Below, piece after piece: positions 25,201 to 38,457 of a stretch of DNA of 64,000 nucleotides (positions within the stretch are counted from its first letter, which is position 1; the number at the start of each line of letters is the position of its first letter). Position numbers and translations under genes: made by a program. The notes under the pieces were generated by a model, which worked only from the letters and a program-made list of their open reading frames with translations, searched no databases and was not told where the DNA came from. The stretch is from contig JBHGNT010000011.1 in the NCBI GenBank assembly GCA_043228905.1, forward strand, positions 20,956,001 to 21,020,000. Direction: 5' to 3'. This DNA comes from Azolla caroliniana (taxonomy: Eukaryota > Plantae > Polypodiophyta).

Positions 25201-28200
25201 GTTTGCAAGCGTAAAGTGCATAATTACTATGTTTGGGATGATTGGTGCTGGGAGGACATGGTATCCAATATTGATGGGTATGGGAATATGAATGAACACA
25301 GTGACATGCAATTGCACTACATCATATGCGCTAATATAAGGGTTGATTCCCTATGCTTTGAGGCTCTAGCAAGCCTTGGCCAAAGTGACGTGGGTCTGAA
25401 AGAACACAGTGACACACAATTGCACTACATCATATGTGCTAATATAAGGGTTGATTCCCTATGCTTTGAGGCTCTAGCAAGCCTTGGCCAAAGTGACGTG
25501 GGTCAGCTGTCTCCATTATTTATTTAATAGTTTGAACTCTGCAAAGAATGTGGCATTCTTGTCTCTGATGTCCATGTAACCTGGGCATCTACATGAAGTG
25601 TTCCTTGCTCTCAACCTCTTCTTACGGAGCATTTGGAAGTCTCGCCACCCAAATTCTTGGTGGCAAATGCTGCTCCATTGCAAAAATATACTCTTATCCA
25701 GCTGTAATTTAGACATGCTGTCCACATTGCTGATAGGAGGCATTTGCTGTTCATCTCGTAGTTTATGCATACTCTTTGAATTTGGGGATGATTGTGCATC
25801 TTACTCATCAGGTGGATGTTGCAGAGTGACATTATACTCTCCACAGTGGCTTTGTATAGATACCACTTTGAGACTTTTATATGATCTTTGTCATATTTTA
25901 TCTATAGCAATCGACATTTTTCTTAAAAACAAAAAGAAGAGAAAGAGAGAGATTTATGAAAAATAGATGTACAAAAAAGGAGAGCATGTGTCTGTGTGTT
26001 CATGTAGACACTGTTAAGGGAAAATAAAAGATCAACTAACAGTCTCATTGTCCTCTCACAAACTTTTGTATTGGAACCTGCAGAGACGAATTCCCTTACA
26101 ATAAGCGTGATGTCTTGCAAAGTTGCCATTCACCGCTGGTGTATGTGGAACTGAAAGTAAACCCACAGAGTCTTTTTTATAACTTTTAAAATTTTAAAAT
26201 TTGGTTGTTCTTGTACCGATGGTGTTGTCTTGTTGCAGGATGTCATCAACTTTGATACATTTATGGGCCTCCTAACAGATCAGGAACAGCAGCAATTAGT
26301 GAAACAAGTTTCACCATCAGATACACAGTCAAATAGGTATGGTTTAAATAAGTTGTTTTTTGTGATATAGCTTGGTTTAGGTGTTTAAAAACTATGTTGG
26401 TGTTGGAGTGTGTAAGAAAACTTATGTCAAATATAAAGTTTTAACTTTCAATGATCAATGTTGATTCTAATGGAATAAAATAATGAGAGATACAAAACAT
26501 AGTTTGATAAAAAGGAGTTTACCACTCTATATTAGTCTCCAATAGATGTGCAACCCATCACCAATAGAAAGGGGTTCTAAGCTACCCTGCGCGTAAGTAG
26601 GGTGCTTAGATACAAAGTTTATTTAAAAACTTAAGAGATAAGAGAGAATTCTTTAAACTTGGAACTCCAATGAGCCTAAAAATAAAGGCAAGTAGAGAGG
26701 AGAAAAAGGAGGCGGTTAAGAAACATTTAAGGGTTTTAAAGTTTTAAGGGTATTAGCATCGTAAGGCTGAGGATAGTCAGAAGATTCGGGATTAGGGTTT
26801 AGAATTAAGCTATCAGACTAGGGTTAGGGATAGTAGGATTTAGTTCCCAATCACTAGGCCCTAAAAGGAATTTAAAAAGATAACCTCATGAGAATGAGAA
26901 TGAGAATGGAGAAAAAACTAATATAGCAAAATCAAGTTAGTTAATACAACATTGAATAAACCTAATGCATTTGGCTAGTACAGAGGCTCAAATGCTAGTA
27001 ACTTTATAGTGGCAAATGTATTTTGCCTTCTCAAGGTAAACTGTAACATATCCTAGAGTGAGAATTGAGCATATGGGTAGAGAGAAATGGCTACCATTTA
27101 GTTGTACAGGCAGGTTTGTAGAAGGGGTTCACCACTTTGGATCACATGCTTATCCGCCGAGCTCTTGTTGAGGAGGGAAGAGCCCATAAAAGGAAAATCT
27201 ATTGTTGCTTTATGAATTTCCAGAAAGTTTTCAACTCTGTATTAGGTGCTCAGCTCATGCAACAACTTGGAGCTCTTGGAGTTCGAAAAGATGTTGCAAT
27301 GGGGAATCTATGCACTATATGTCAGGAAAATGTGTTCCTATTGGGTTGTCTGAGGTTGTGGTTAGCATAATTGGAGTAAAGCAAGGATGCCCAATATCTC
27401 CCGGTCTCTTTGGTCTTTCTATTGATGAGATATCTAAATACATCTAGAGGTTTGTGTCGATCTCTGACTCTCTGGAGAGACTACAAAGACATCCACATGC
27501 TCTAAAGTCATTTTATATAGATAAAGTGTTGAGAATCAAGCTCAACTTGTGTGAACATGTGCTTATGAAGAAAAGCACAATGTGTGGAAAAGTGTGTGAG
27601 CACACTTTATTGTAATCCGTGTAGTTGTCTAATGTGAATGTGGTCAAGGAATACCAGATATTCTTATGACAGAATCGTACTCGAGTGGATATCTTGATTA
27701 GATTCTACCAACCACATTTAATGTGGCAGTTCCTTGAGGACTTGTATACAAAACCCCCTTGGCCCATTATGTTTAGATGATCTTTAGTTGATTAATATAG
27801 TTTTCTCTTCAGTGCATACGCCGTCATCCCCCTACTGTGTATTTTCTTATTTCGGGTTATTTTCTCTTATTCCTTCTCTTGCTCACACACGCATTATCCA
27901 CATACTGAACTCTACGAGAGTCAGATTCTTTACATAAAGATTTGTCAATCAACCTTGATAAAGCTAAAGCGATGATGTTTAACCCCACTCAAGCATGGGG
28001 GAGATCAGAACCAGAATTCTTCATGGGAGGGGAAAATTTAGTATATATACAATCCTAAAGATCTAGGAATAACCTTGATGGGGCTTCAGTTCTCCCTATG
28101 GAACACTGCATATGCTTGACTTTCTTGTGGATATGCAGCCTTTAGTGCCATTGAAAGAGAATGTGCATTTTTACAGTTCCAAGAACCATGAACTAAATTG

Positions 28201-31200
28201 TAGTTGTTGGTAACACTTATAACACTAAAGCTTCTCTATAGTGTAGAAATTTTTGGGCCAATTCTTCATAGGACACATAATTGGACAGTTTTGGATTTGA
28301 TTGCCCACATGATAAAGAGCAAAGTGTTGGTGCCCCATGAAATAATCCGGCAAGATGGGAGCATTATTCTGATCAATGACAAGAATTCGACATATCACAG
28401 AGCTTCCTAAGCCAAGGTTCTCAAGGTTGACACATGTCATCAAAACAGCTTGCTGAACACAGAGATCATTGTTGTTGTTCCGCTGAAATGCAAGTCATAC
28501 CTTAACATGAGTAAAGTGGAAAAGAATAGAGTAATCCGAGATGATACTTTCAAATTGAGAAATTAAATAACATGGATTAGCCCTAGGCCGTCTCTTAGTG
28601 GGAAGATGGCCCACTACAACAGACATTTTTTACATACATTGCTGTATGAATTTGTTATTGAACCTATCTCACGTGCTCTGCAGTTTGATATGCATGAACA
28701 TCTATGAAAGTATAGATATGCCAATTGTGCCGTCAGGGGGTTGGAATCTAAAGAACACTACATTTGTCATTGCACTATTCTTTATGAAATAAGGGGGAGA
28801 TACCATTGACCTTCAAACAAGGGTTTGGCCCACTGTGCAAGGTAACTAGGAAGACGGTGCTTGGGATTGTTCTAACAGACCAAAGAGACAGAGAGAGGTT
28901 GTTGGACAACAATACAACCACAACTCATCAACAAAGAACCATGACATCTTTCTTTAGCTCCATCAATCTCTCACAATACAAGTCTATCAAGGGCTACATG
29001 AGTAGGGTCTCATCCAGGATATGCGAAGGGGTTAGAGTAGATTGGACAATAGCAATGTGTCATGCATGTAGGCAACATTCATCTGGATCACGGTTTCTTT
29101 CACCCTTATAATCAACATAAAAAGGCCATTATCATCCGGCACTAAAGTTGCTTGCCTCATTTCAAAAATCTCTCCAGCTTGGAGCATTCGATGTTGCAAG
29201 TTTTTTGAAGGCAGAAGTTTCAGTTTATCTTAGTTCAGAATCTTAATTGCTTAGATAACTGGATTCCTTACTATGCTATATTTATTTTGGTTTGTTGTTC
29301 TTATTGACAAGACAGCAATTTAAGATGTAATCTTTTGTTCAGTCTTATAGGCTATTTTGACCTCTTAAAAGATATTAATACAGCTTTTTTTCTTTCTCAG
29401 CAGTGTCGTAAATAAATTACTCGCCAAATTAATATTATATAGTCTGTTCTACATTGAAATATTCTCAAGTGCTCATCTCCTTAGGATGGGTATGAAACAC
29501 CATTGCAATCAGATTCTTAATGTGAGCTTTCTTGACTTGCTACCCTGCTTACATATGACCTATCTCTTCTAATGATTGGTGCTAATAATAAGAAGTAACA
29601 ATAGAGGATTCATCCTATGTCTGCTGCCTTTGTTAGTTAGTACGTGTCCAATGTGCCTCTAAATTATCTTGTACCCCTATAGAAATAATGTTTAGGGTTT
29701 AGGGTTTCTTGCAAGCTGATGTAGGATGCTCTATAAGTATCTACACTATCATACTTCCCTGCTCTAGACATCAAAAGGTAGGTAGGAAACACTACTCCAA
29801 GCAACCTGTTGGCAGTGTCTTCCTCACATGGAAGGGAATGGAAATGCTATATTGATGGGTTTTTAAATTCTCTCTTCCCTCTTCTTGTTTAATTATGCTT
29901 ACTTAAAATTGGAAGTCACCTATTCAGAGATTTCGTTTTTAGAACTCCTCTTTATTAAAGGGCTATTAACAACGATCACTTACCTCGTATTATATTGGGA
30001 ATTCTGAGGAGCATATCCTTGCGCTTCATATGAGCCATGACAATTGGCTCCCTGCTTTCAGATATAGGTATTTTCTCCAAGGATATGCGTACTTCTTGCT
30101 GTATTAGATTAAGGTTATTACTAAGATGGGAAATTTTGTTTTTAGTTATTCATGAATCTCACCGGGAACTTAGCGTGCTAGGAAACTTGGGCACTCTAGA
30201 AATTCCATGTGCAGTGTATGACTAAGGTTCAGATGAGTGCTAATTTTCATTCATTGAAAGTTTGCACCTCAATTTTGGGTTTTTTTGGCTTGGGGGAGAG
30301 GAGGGGGGCACATGAAATTCTGGCAGGAGACAAATCTAATCCTCGTTCCTCTGGAAAAACAAGCATGTTGTCTCTCTTAGCTTCCTGGCACTATATATTA
30401 CATTAGAGCTAGAAGCTGTCGGGTGGTCATTATATTGATCAACATCAGAATTGTCCACAGCCTTCTCAACGTTTCAATACTTTTTACACAGTTTTGTGGG
30501 GGGATGTGATGGGAGCTTTGCTTATTTTAGTGGAGACAGATGCAAGGAAGATGATTGGAGCTATGCCATTGATTTTTATTGCAGGTGATATGGCTCCGTA
30601 TCTTCACTGCACTTGGGTTGACTTTGGATTCTCTGTATAAGTCTTTTGGAAAAACCTAAGCAAAATGTAGATATTGACATGAACTGAATGAAGGATAGTG
30701 TTAACTTTTAGAGATCGCCATCATTGGCTGGTTCAAGATGGAGAGCTCACTAAAGCAAGGAAAACACTTTCAATATGGACGATGATGGCCTTGTTTATAT
30801 ATTGTCATGGTGTATCACGTCCAACTATATTGCAAAGATCAATAAAGAATGCATTTAGACGGTGAAGATTGAAGAGCTGCTCCTGAGGGCCCCAATTTTT
30901 TATAGAAAATTGAATATACTATGATGGATAAAGTATCAGCAGATCTGCACATTTTATGAGAATAGGGTTGACATTTTTCTTGATTTATATTGCGCAGATT
31001 ACTTTGAATTTAAATTGGGGTTATTGTCATCATGCCTGCATTTGATGTGCATCCATACTCCTATTTGTGAACTTAGAATCGAAGTTATATGCGCATCGTC
31101 TGGTTATTTTTATGTTCGTCTGAATGAACTTTATTGTAATCATGTAATGAATATGAATTCATAAGTGTGAACAGCATACTCCTATTTGTGAACTTAGAAT

Positions 31201-31629
31201 CGAAGTTATATGCGCATTGTCTGGTTATTTTTATGTTTGTCTAAATGAACTTTATTGTAATCATGTAATAAATATGAATTGATAAGTGTGAACAGCAGTG
31301 ACATCTGACAAAGGTAAAATTTATCTAAATGAACTTTATTTTTCAGCTTAAGGTGCATGTTCAGCTGTGCTCAATTTGTGAGCTCTTTGAGACTTTTCCA
31401 AAGTTTACTGTCCGAGGGTATGTTCGATTCAGAATCTGGTCTAAGCCCTAGAGTTTTGCAACATTATCAGCATCTTCTAACACTACCAGACTTACGGACA
31501 TCAGGCTGGATTGAAAGATGCTCACAGTTCTCAAACCGAGCAAAACGAAAAAATGGCATGGATTATGCCAAGGTAAACTCTGATGTGATGTAATATGATC
31601 TGTACATCTCAAATGGTATAGATAGAGCA

Positions 31630-31677
<48 letters not shown>

Positions 31678-32610
31678 GTATACCTGCTTGTTTCTAGTCT
31701 GAAGACAGATATAATGACCTACTAGTTATTTTGTTATAATAATTTTTGGGGTTTCACACTATGTTAGGCTTCCAACCAGTAACATAATTTATTTTACAGA
31801 AGATTTTGTCAAGTAAACTATTTATGAAAAACTAGGTGATTATGTTCTAACTTGTGTTTTTTTCTGGGCATTGGGGGGATCAGATCATCCAAGGCAAGGA
31901 GTTTCTGAAAGAGAAAATGAAGAGCTTGACTTGCATGGGGTTAAATCATTTACCAGCTGATGGTGTCTTTTCTTCCATTTCAGCTGGTAAAAAACCAAAA
32001 TCTAGCATGGATTGGCCATAGCCAAGTGATAGAATTCCACACTAGAGCTGCTTATTCTGATTTTTTTCTTTCTATGTTGCACTGCTTGGGTGCAGAAAAT
32101 GCAATCACCGATCAGAAAGCTGAGACATCTCTTGATTCATGGTCAGTGCATTCAAATGTTACAAGATATCACAAAGATGGCCAGCAAATCGAGCCAACTA
32201 GCAAAGAAAGGCAACAATACCCTCTTTTGAAAAGTGAGAGTAAATGCCATGCCCTCTCTAATCCCAAAACCAACAAATCAAGGGAGAAAAGACATAATGC
32301 ACTACATCATGGAAAGAAAAGCCCGATGAGGAACCATAGATTAATGGAAACACCTAGCTATGGAGTTCTAGATCATGACATTTTGCTTGATCTCCCTTCC
32401 AATCTTTCTTTTCAGCAAGCTGAATTAATACACCAACCAGTATGGAACTGCAAGCCACAACCAACAAACACCGAAAGAGCTCCAAAGCAAAAAAATGATA
32501 ACAATGTACTTGTTGAGGATGTACTGGTCGAGAATGAACCTGATTTGGAGTGGACTGGACTTCTATGGAATTCTCCATCATCAGGATCCGTGAGCCATTC
32601 TCTATACTAA
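19263..32610 (+). CDS. GATA26: GATA transcription factor, subfamily IV (GATA26/27-like, with ASXH-like region)
   Basis: Exons with GT-AG sites and matching phases: 19263-19302, 20942-21292, 21386-21824, 26084-26156, 26239-26336, 31347-31572, 31884-31986, 32096-32610. Protein begins [40 protein letters not shown]. Also VPSKRRT, HSPLVYVELKDVINFDTF, FQSLLSEGMFD and DILLDLPSNLSFQQAELI. Exon 7 is the least certain. Confidence 0.92.
22141..22378. repeat. Intronic tandem duplication, 2 x 119 bp
   Basis: gaaagttcgctattg...ctcttatctcaggt repeated almost identically. Confidence 0.9.
22959..23433. mobile_element. Solo LTR in a GATA intron
   Basis: Ends tgttatgt...ttaaca with a 5-bp TSD tttgt on both sides. 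Related copy at 42759-43226. Confidence 0.85.
23440..25050 (-). mobile_element. RTE-like LINE fragments (RT piece and 3' end)
   Basis: IMPVHNSRDPLQPGNY (RT), PHDIIQAEMRAA and LELKVHMEKLL match the element at 35056-38153. 3' end with ggccattttggcc and a TTTC-like tail near 23740. Confidence 0.8.
25293..25504. repeat. Intronic tandem duplication, 2 x 108 bp
   Basis: gaacacagtgaca...ccaaagtgacgtgggtc occurs twice; visible as a duplicated peptide in ORF 25216-25527. Confidence 0.9.
27090..29398 (+). mobile_element. RTE-like LINE, 5'-truncated and degenerate, interrupted by a solo LTR
   Basis: KIYCCFMNFQKVF and IGVKQGCPISPGLFG; after removing the LTR, DKDLSINLDKAK; VPHEIIR; 3' stem-loop at ~29350 and a T/C-rich tail. 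Confidence 0.85.
27527..27934. mobile_element. Solo LTR nested in the RTE LINE
   Basis: Ends tgttgag...tttaca with a perfect 5-bp TSD taaag (27522-27526, 27935-27939). Confidence 0.85.
31054..31295. repeat. Intronic tandem duplication, 2 x ~121 bp
   Basis: catactcctatttgtgaacttag...ataagtgtgaacag occurs twice. Confidence 0.9.
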
Positions 32611-34526
32611 GCATAATCGTATCTTTCCTTATTGTTCATGGGATGTCAAAAGTCTTGAAGGAATATTAAGCCTTTTGGTGTCATCTCACAACATCATGTG
32701 GTATGTTATAAGAGTGTATGATAGTGTACGGAAACTTTTGTACAATGAAAAGTTGACAGCAGTAATGTGAACAGTGTCTATGAGTTAGGGAACACTGAAG
32801 CTCTAATATATATCTCTACATCAAGTTTCCCATTTTGAGAAAAAAGATAATAAAATGGAGAGGTTTTCTAGCTAGCTTTCTTTGTCGGCCATGGCCAGTA
32901 GTGTCTGATTGAGTTGTTGCATCTCCTTTTAAAATGCGAATGTATAAGTAAAATGAAACTCAAACAAGCGCCAAGTTTGTAATTTTTAAAACACTTGAAG
33001 ATGTAGTAGAGCAACTGTCATAAGTTTTTTTATTTATAAATGTTATGGCAGATCGCTTTATAGTTGTGGCAGATCAATTCCCTAGTTAGTAGCTTAGCTA
33101 GTTTAATTCATTTTGCAATAGACATGTCTATGATCTTGTACTGATTGCCTCATTGAATTTGTTTCATCAAGTGATTTTGCATGTCATCTGCAGCTGAACA
33201 CTGTCCATGCTATATCTTTGGTACCTGTGGTTAATCTTTACTTAATTTATTGCTGTTAATGAGTTCATTTTTGTCTGTTTCTCTCTTCCTGTGGGTATAT
33301 AAGCATTAGCTAGATTCAATAGCTGCACACCATTAACCTGGCAGGCTGGCACCACAACATATCACATCCCATTGCTATTACTCTTGGCCATGTTTTGATA
33401 TTTGTTGTTTTTGGCCATTCATAGATGTTAGAAAGATTCTGTCTCATGGTATCACGAGGAATGTAAAAGGCCGAACTGTGTAAAAATGTAACCCACGGAG
33501 ATTCCACAACAAATAGCTCACAACCACGTGTGAACCCTTATGTGCCGAAAACAATGTGCTTATGAGGAAGCATAATATTGAGATTTTTACCACTTTTCCA
33601 TGGGCAAAGACTCCACTGCTGCTTGGCTTACTATAGCCATCAAAGTCCTGCCTCACTACCTCCACCTTCACATGATGCAAGGTTGAGAATGCCATGTCTC
33701 AACATGAATGTTTGTCTACAAGACTACAAGGCAAAAACCTCATGTGTGCAATAAGCACCATCGAAATTATCCTAGTACACATGTTCAATAGAGCCTTCTG
33801 AACACATGGACCATGGAATGGTTGTTCCTATCCAGAAATTGGGGATCCCCTTTGAACCTTGGAAATATTTGACTATCAAGGCCACACATTTGCCAAACTT
33901 TATGGAGTGGTGCCTAGAGTGGAACTAAACACTTAACATCAAAGTTAATGAGATATGGGCCCCAAATCAAGAGGAATTTAGGTGAGCCTTCCCTATTGCA
34001 AACCACATCCTCACTTTATGTTGCTTGGTGGACAAGCAAATGGGCAAAAGAAGCAATTGTAAGGACTTCGATAATATACCAAGGAAACAACTCTATTAAC
34101 AATGTGGTGCTCTCAAATTCTCCTTTAACATTATGTGGGCAATATATGAACTATATAAGCAAGTATTGGGACAAGTTACATCTCTTGGGAGCTATGGAAG
34201 GTAATCACAAGCACTATTGGTTAGAAACAATGTTGTCCATCCTCCCGTGCCCTCTCCAAATTGACATTGATGAGGTAACATACTAAATCATAGGTGAAGT
34301 TACAAGGGAATTGACATATTAGGGTATTTCCACATCATTCTTTCTGGTGATGCAATTAATCTTAGTGTTTGAATCTCATTCAAGTCTACAACATTATCTC
34401 AATGCCTTGGATAGTTTTTGCTATGAAAAGGGATAAATTATAAACCTAGGAAAGACTAAAGATGTGATCATTCACATCAACTCGTAGACAAGTTGGCTTC
34501 ACTCTATCAAGAGGAAAGGTGAAGTT

Positions 34527-37500
34527 TGTTGGGAAAACAAGTCCCTTTGGATGGGAAGAGCATGAGCCGAATGGAATGGAGTTGATAGGTAAACTCGGCC
34601 GAGGACGAAAATTGATTTCCGAAAAATCAACAATGGATTGAAAATCGACTTGATTATTAGCCGAATTGGTCGAAGTCGATTTAGGAGACTATATTTGTAA
34701 ATAGTCTAGATGTGTCCATTGAGGCTATATTTGTAAATAGTTTGCTATGTATATGAGTATATATACACTTAGGGCAAGTAGTTAGTAAGTGATAATCATT
34801 ATAGTTCAAACAAGTTACAATGAGTAGTTGCCTCTGTAACTAGTAAGAGTGAGAAAGAAAGAAAGAAAGAAAGATATATTAACGTCTTCTAAGGCCAAAT
34901 TTGGCCCATGAGACAATTGGTTTACAACAAAAGAGTATTTATCCAGTCATCATAACTAAAATAAAATTAAGTAAAAAATAGAACTTAAACTAAAAGAGTT
35001 CTAGTAGTGTACAATACGTAGTATACTCGAAAGTGACTATACACTAAGCCTAATTTTATTTCCACCCAAGCCTCTCGAAAAGAAGTGGGGGGTCAAAGGG
35101 TCTTGATGTGGGTGTGACCCATGGTTCCAATGTAGAGAGTACCCTAGCCATGGCTTCTAGGCGGTGTAGCTCACGTTCCCTTATTTTCAATATTGCTTTC
35201 ACATCACGTCGAGTTGCTTTGAAACCCGGCACCCGAGGACGTCTAGTTCTTCTTTGGTTTTCTGCCTCATCAATGGAAAGGCCGAGTGGTGCAAGTGTGT
35301 CGGCATTCGTTGTCTCCTCCTGTTCCTGAAAAACTTCATTTGTTACATGTTCGTGATCATTAACAACATTATTGTCAACATTTTGTAACTTATTCTCTCT
35401 GTGTTGTTTTAGCTCTAGAATGTATTTGCCTAATTTCTTTATATCTAGAGTATCTAATAGTTTGGGGAGGGTGGGAGACGAACCAAGTATGTCTTGGTAT
35501 TTTGCCCTTATCTCGGCATAGGTTGGACACTTGCATGTAAAGTGGTACTCATCCTCTATCTCTGTGTGACATAACCTACATATCCTTTCCTCCCTAGGGA
35601 CTCCACTAGTACGACCATTCCCAATCTCAAGTTGGTGAGATGATATTCTAAGTTTTCCAATGGCAACCCTTAGCGCATGTGGTAAGAATACATCTAGATA
35701 TTTTGGCCGCGTGATAAAACCTAACTCAGAGAAGTGCATGAAGTGTTTCTTATAGTACAACATTTTAGATGGGAGTGGCTCTAGTGGGGTGATCCATTTA
35801 CACCGAGTGTAAATTTGCCATATTTCTTGGCATATTACTTTATTGCGGTCCTCATGAGAGATTAAAGTGTTATCACTCGTGTGGTTGTACCTAAGGGGAG
35901 GTAGGTTATTAATGTCTAGACCATTCACAAGAAGCCAACTCACCATCATGCCATACCATGAGCTAGTATAGTTGGACTCATACAATGATCAAGAGGCCTT
36001 AAAGGCTTGATGAGATATTCTATCATGTGGTTGGCTATGTATCCTGTGAATGAAGACTACAAGTTGAAAAAGTGCCTCTACTAACATTGGGGGTAACGTG
36101 AACTCAGCCCTAATAATGTCATGTGGTACAATCGATTTGCTTCGGAGTTGGCGTGATAGCATCATCACCAATGGTCTCTCTAATTGCGTCCACATGAAAG
36201 ATGGTAATCCTAGAGCCCAAACCGTTGATGCATACATGAGGGAGGGGGTCACTAATGAGTCAAAGAGCCACCCTTTAGTCCGTGGCTCTTGAAAGTGTGC
36301 TTGGTGGCATTGTCTCTCTAGGAGTGAGAGGGATGCATGTCCTCTCGTGAGTCTATCTTTCGTTGCCTGTGTCATCGAAAATTTACTTGAGTGGGCACTA
36401 AAAGTGACTCCGAGATAGACGTATGATCCAACCACCTCGATGGGCTATGGGAGATAGTTAGGTGACACTTAGCTCTAACTTGGGCCGATGTGTGGAAGAT
36501 AAGGACTTTCGTTTTCCCTAGATTCACTACCAATCCTCGTTGTACACAAAAGTCATCTAAGGCATTAAGGTGCCTTTGTAGGTCGTGTTCGGATTCAGAG
36601 AGCAAAACTATGTCATCCGCATAGAGCAAGATACGAACCTGCGTATCCCCAAGGACCATTCCGGTGCCTCCCTCACGAGCAATAAAATCTGTGATCTCAT
36701 CAATGTAGATCCCAAAAAGCGTCGGTGATAGGGGGCAACCTTGTTTTACACCAATAGTGCTAGTGAAACGATTAGATAGGCAACTTGGGCATCGGACACA
36801 CCCGAACACTTGTTCATATAGTGCGTAGATGGCCCATACCATATCATCCGGTATCCTCAAGCTTTTAAGTCTATCAAACAACCGCTCTCTAGGGACTGTG
36901 TCAAAGGCTTTGCGGAAGTCCACAAAACAACAATATAATTTCTTCTTGTGAGCCTTAGTTTGGTCAATTTGGCATCTAAGTGTGAAGATATGATCAATAG
37001 TGGAGAAGGCTCGTCTAAAGCCAGCTTGTTCAGGTGCACGAAGGTTTAGGGTCTCCATATAGTCGTTAAGCTCTACTTCCATTACTGCACCATATAACTT
37101 AGCAAGGGTATGGCCTATCATAATGGTCCTATATGTATTTGGGTTCATGGGGTCCCCCCCCCCTTTATGTATGGGGGCCACTGTATTCATAGTCCACTGT
37201 GGTGGAAAACCCTTCGCAAGGGCACGATTGAAGATTAGAGTTAGCAAGGGAGCTAGGCACTCTCTCGCATATATAATGTGTTCTGCTCGCAATCTTGTGT
37301 GGTCCATGGACTTCCTATGTTGTAATTTCTTTATGACCTTCACGACCCTAGAGGTCGTGAAAAGTGTCCCCGTGGTAGGCCGGGGTGTGGAAGGCATTGG
37401 AATGGGTGGTTGGTTTGGGATTTGGTAAAGTCTCTCTGTATATGTGTGCCAAGTTTCGGGATCTTCGATGGGTGTTTGTGGTCTTGGCTCCCGTAGTTTC

Positions 37501-38457
37501 TTCCATGCCGTGGCGCAATCGCTACTCATGAGCATATGGTAGAGTTCCCAATATTGGGATGCCTCCCACGCTCGTCTCTTACGACGTGTCATCTTGCGCA
37601 TTTCTTTGCGAGCTTGTATGGAGGTAATACTACCATTGAGTTGTGATACTGTAAGTTGTCTATGTAACTCCCTACAATCCTCGTCATACCATTTATTTTG
37701 TGGCATTGATCCTGATCTACCTTGATTTGAGTGTTTTGTATATGGGAAACTGCTAGTTGCTGCGGAGTGAAGGATGTGTGTGAGTTTTGTACTAAGGATT
37801 TCTAACGATAGGGAGGGATCAAGGGAGGGGAGATGGGCCTGAACATGTTGAGAGTATATGTCAGAGAGCTCATGTGTGAAATGTATTGTGGTGTGATGGC
37901 ATGGTTGACTAGACTTGGTGACCTTAGAGATATCACATTTTAGCTCGAAGTATAAGAAACTATGGTCTGCGCCAATAGGGCATGGGGCCACTCGGAAGGA
38001 GTTAATCATGTGGGTAGCTTCAGGGCGCCCTATTAGATAGTCAACTGTGCTTTCCCCTCCTCCATGTGGGAAACATGTGAGCTCTTCTGAGCCCGGCCAC
38101 TTAGCTAAACCATTATATATGACCATCCGGTGCCGACTGCCAAGTTCGAGCAAATGATGGCCAAAGCTCGTGGCGTCCGCACCTGTTGAGAGTGAGAGTA
38201 GTAACTCTGTTGTTGTTTGTTAGAGGAAGATGAGCTCGAGGTTCTTGCCTCCGAGTCTCCTTGTACTCCTCTCCGTACACTTAATGATTTGTTTCTTGGG
38301 GTTTGTGGACCCGTTGTGGTTTTTCCCTTTCGGGTTTTCCATGTAAAACATTGTGTCTCTATTCTCTAATTTCTGCTTTGTCTGTGTACTGTCGATTTGT
38401 TCTTTGCACCCTCATACGGAATTGTGTGAACCGGTTGTCGCCGGCTACGATCCTACA
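34527..38457. mobile_element. Solo LTR (34527-34854 + 38189-38457) split by a younger LINE
   Basis: Ends tgttggg...cctaca. Non-coding LTR-like sequence on both sides of the LINE TSD. Outer flanks match only 3/5 (aagtt/atggt). Confidence 0.65.
34855..38188 (-). mobile_element. Young RTE-clade LINE, 5'-truncated
   Basis: 9-bp TSD agagtgaga (34846-34854, 38189-38197) and a (TTTC)n tail at ~34855-34873. ORF pieces 36372-38153, 35989-36435 and 35056-35985 carry endonuclease C-terminus (STVDY, ADH), QAGFRR, FVDFRKAFD, GVKQGCPLSP, YADD and a CCHC finger. Only one frameshift and one in-frame TGA. Confidence 0.95.

Noticed and set aside
26578-26830. Hairpin ctaagctaccct...agggtgcttag and nearby ttaggg motifs (Helitron end or interstitial telomere)
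   Set aside because: No CTRR terminus at the expected distance, and only scattered telomere-like units rather than an array.
29500-30900. Possible very old L1 fragment in the GATA intron
   Set aside because: Only a vague Cys/His pattern near 30200; too degenerate to call without a profile search.
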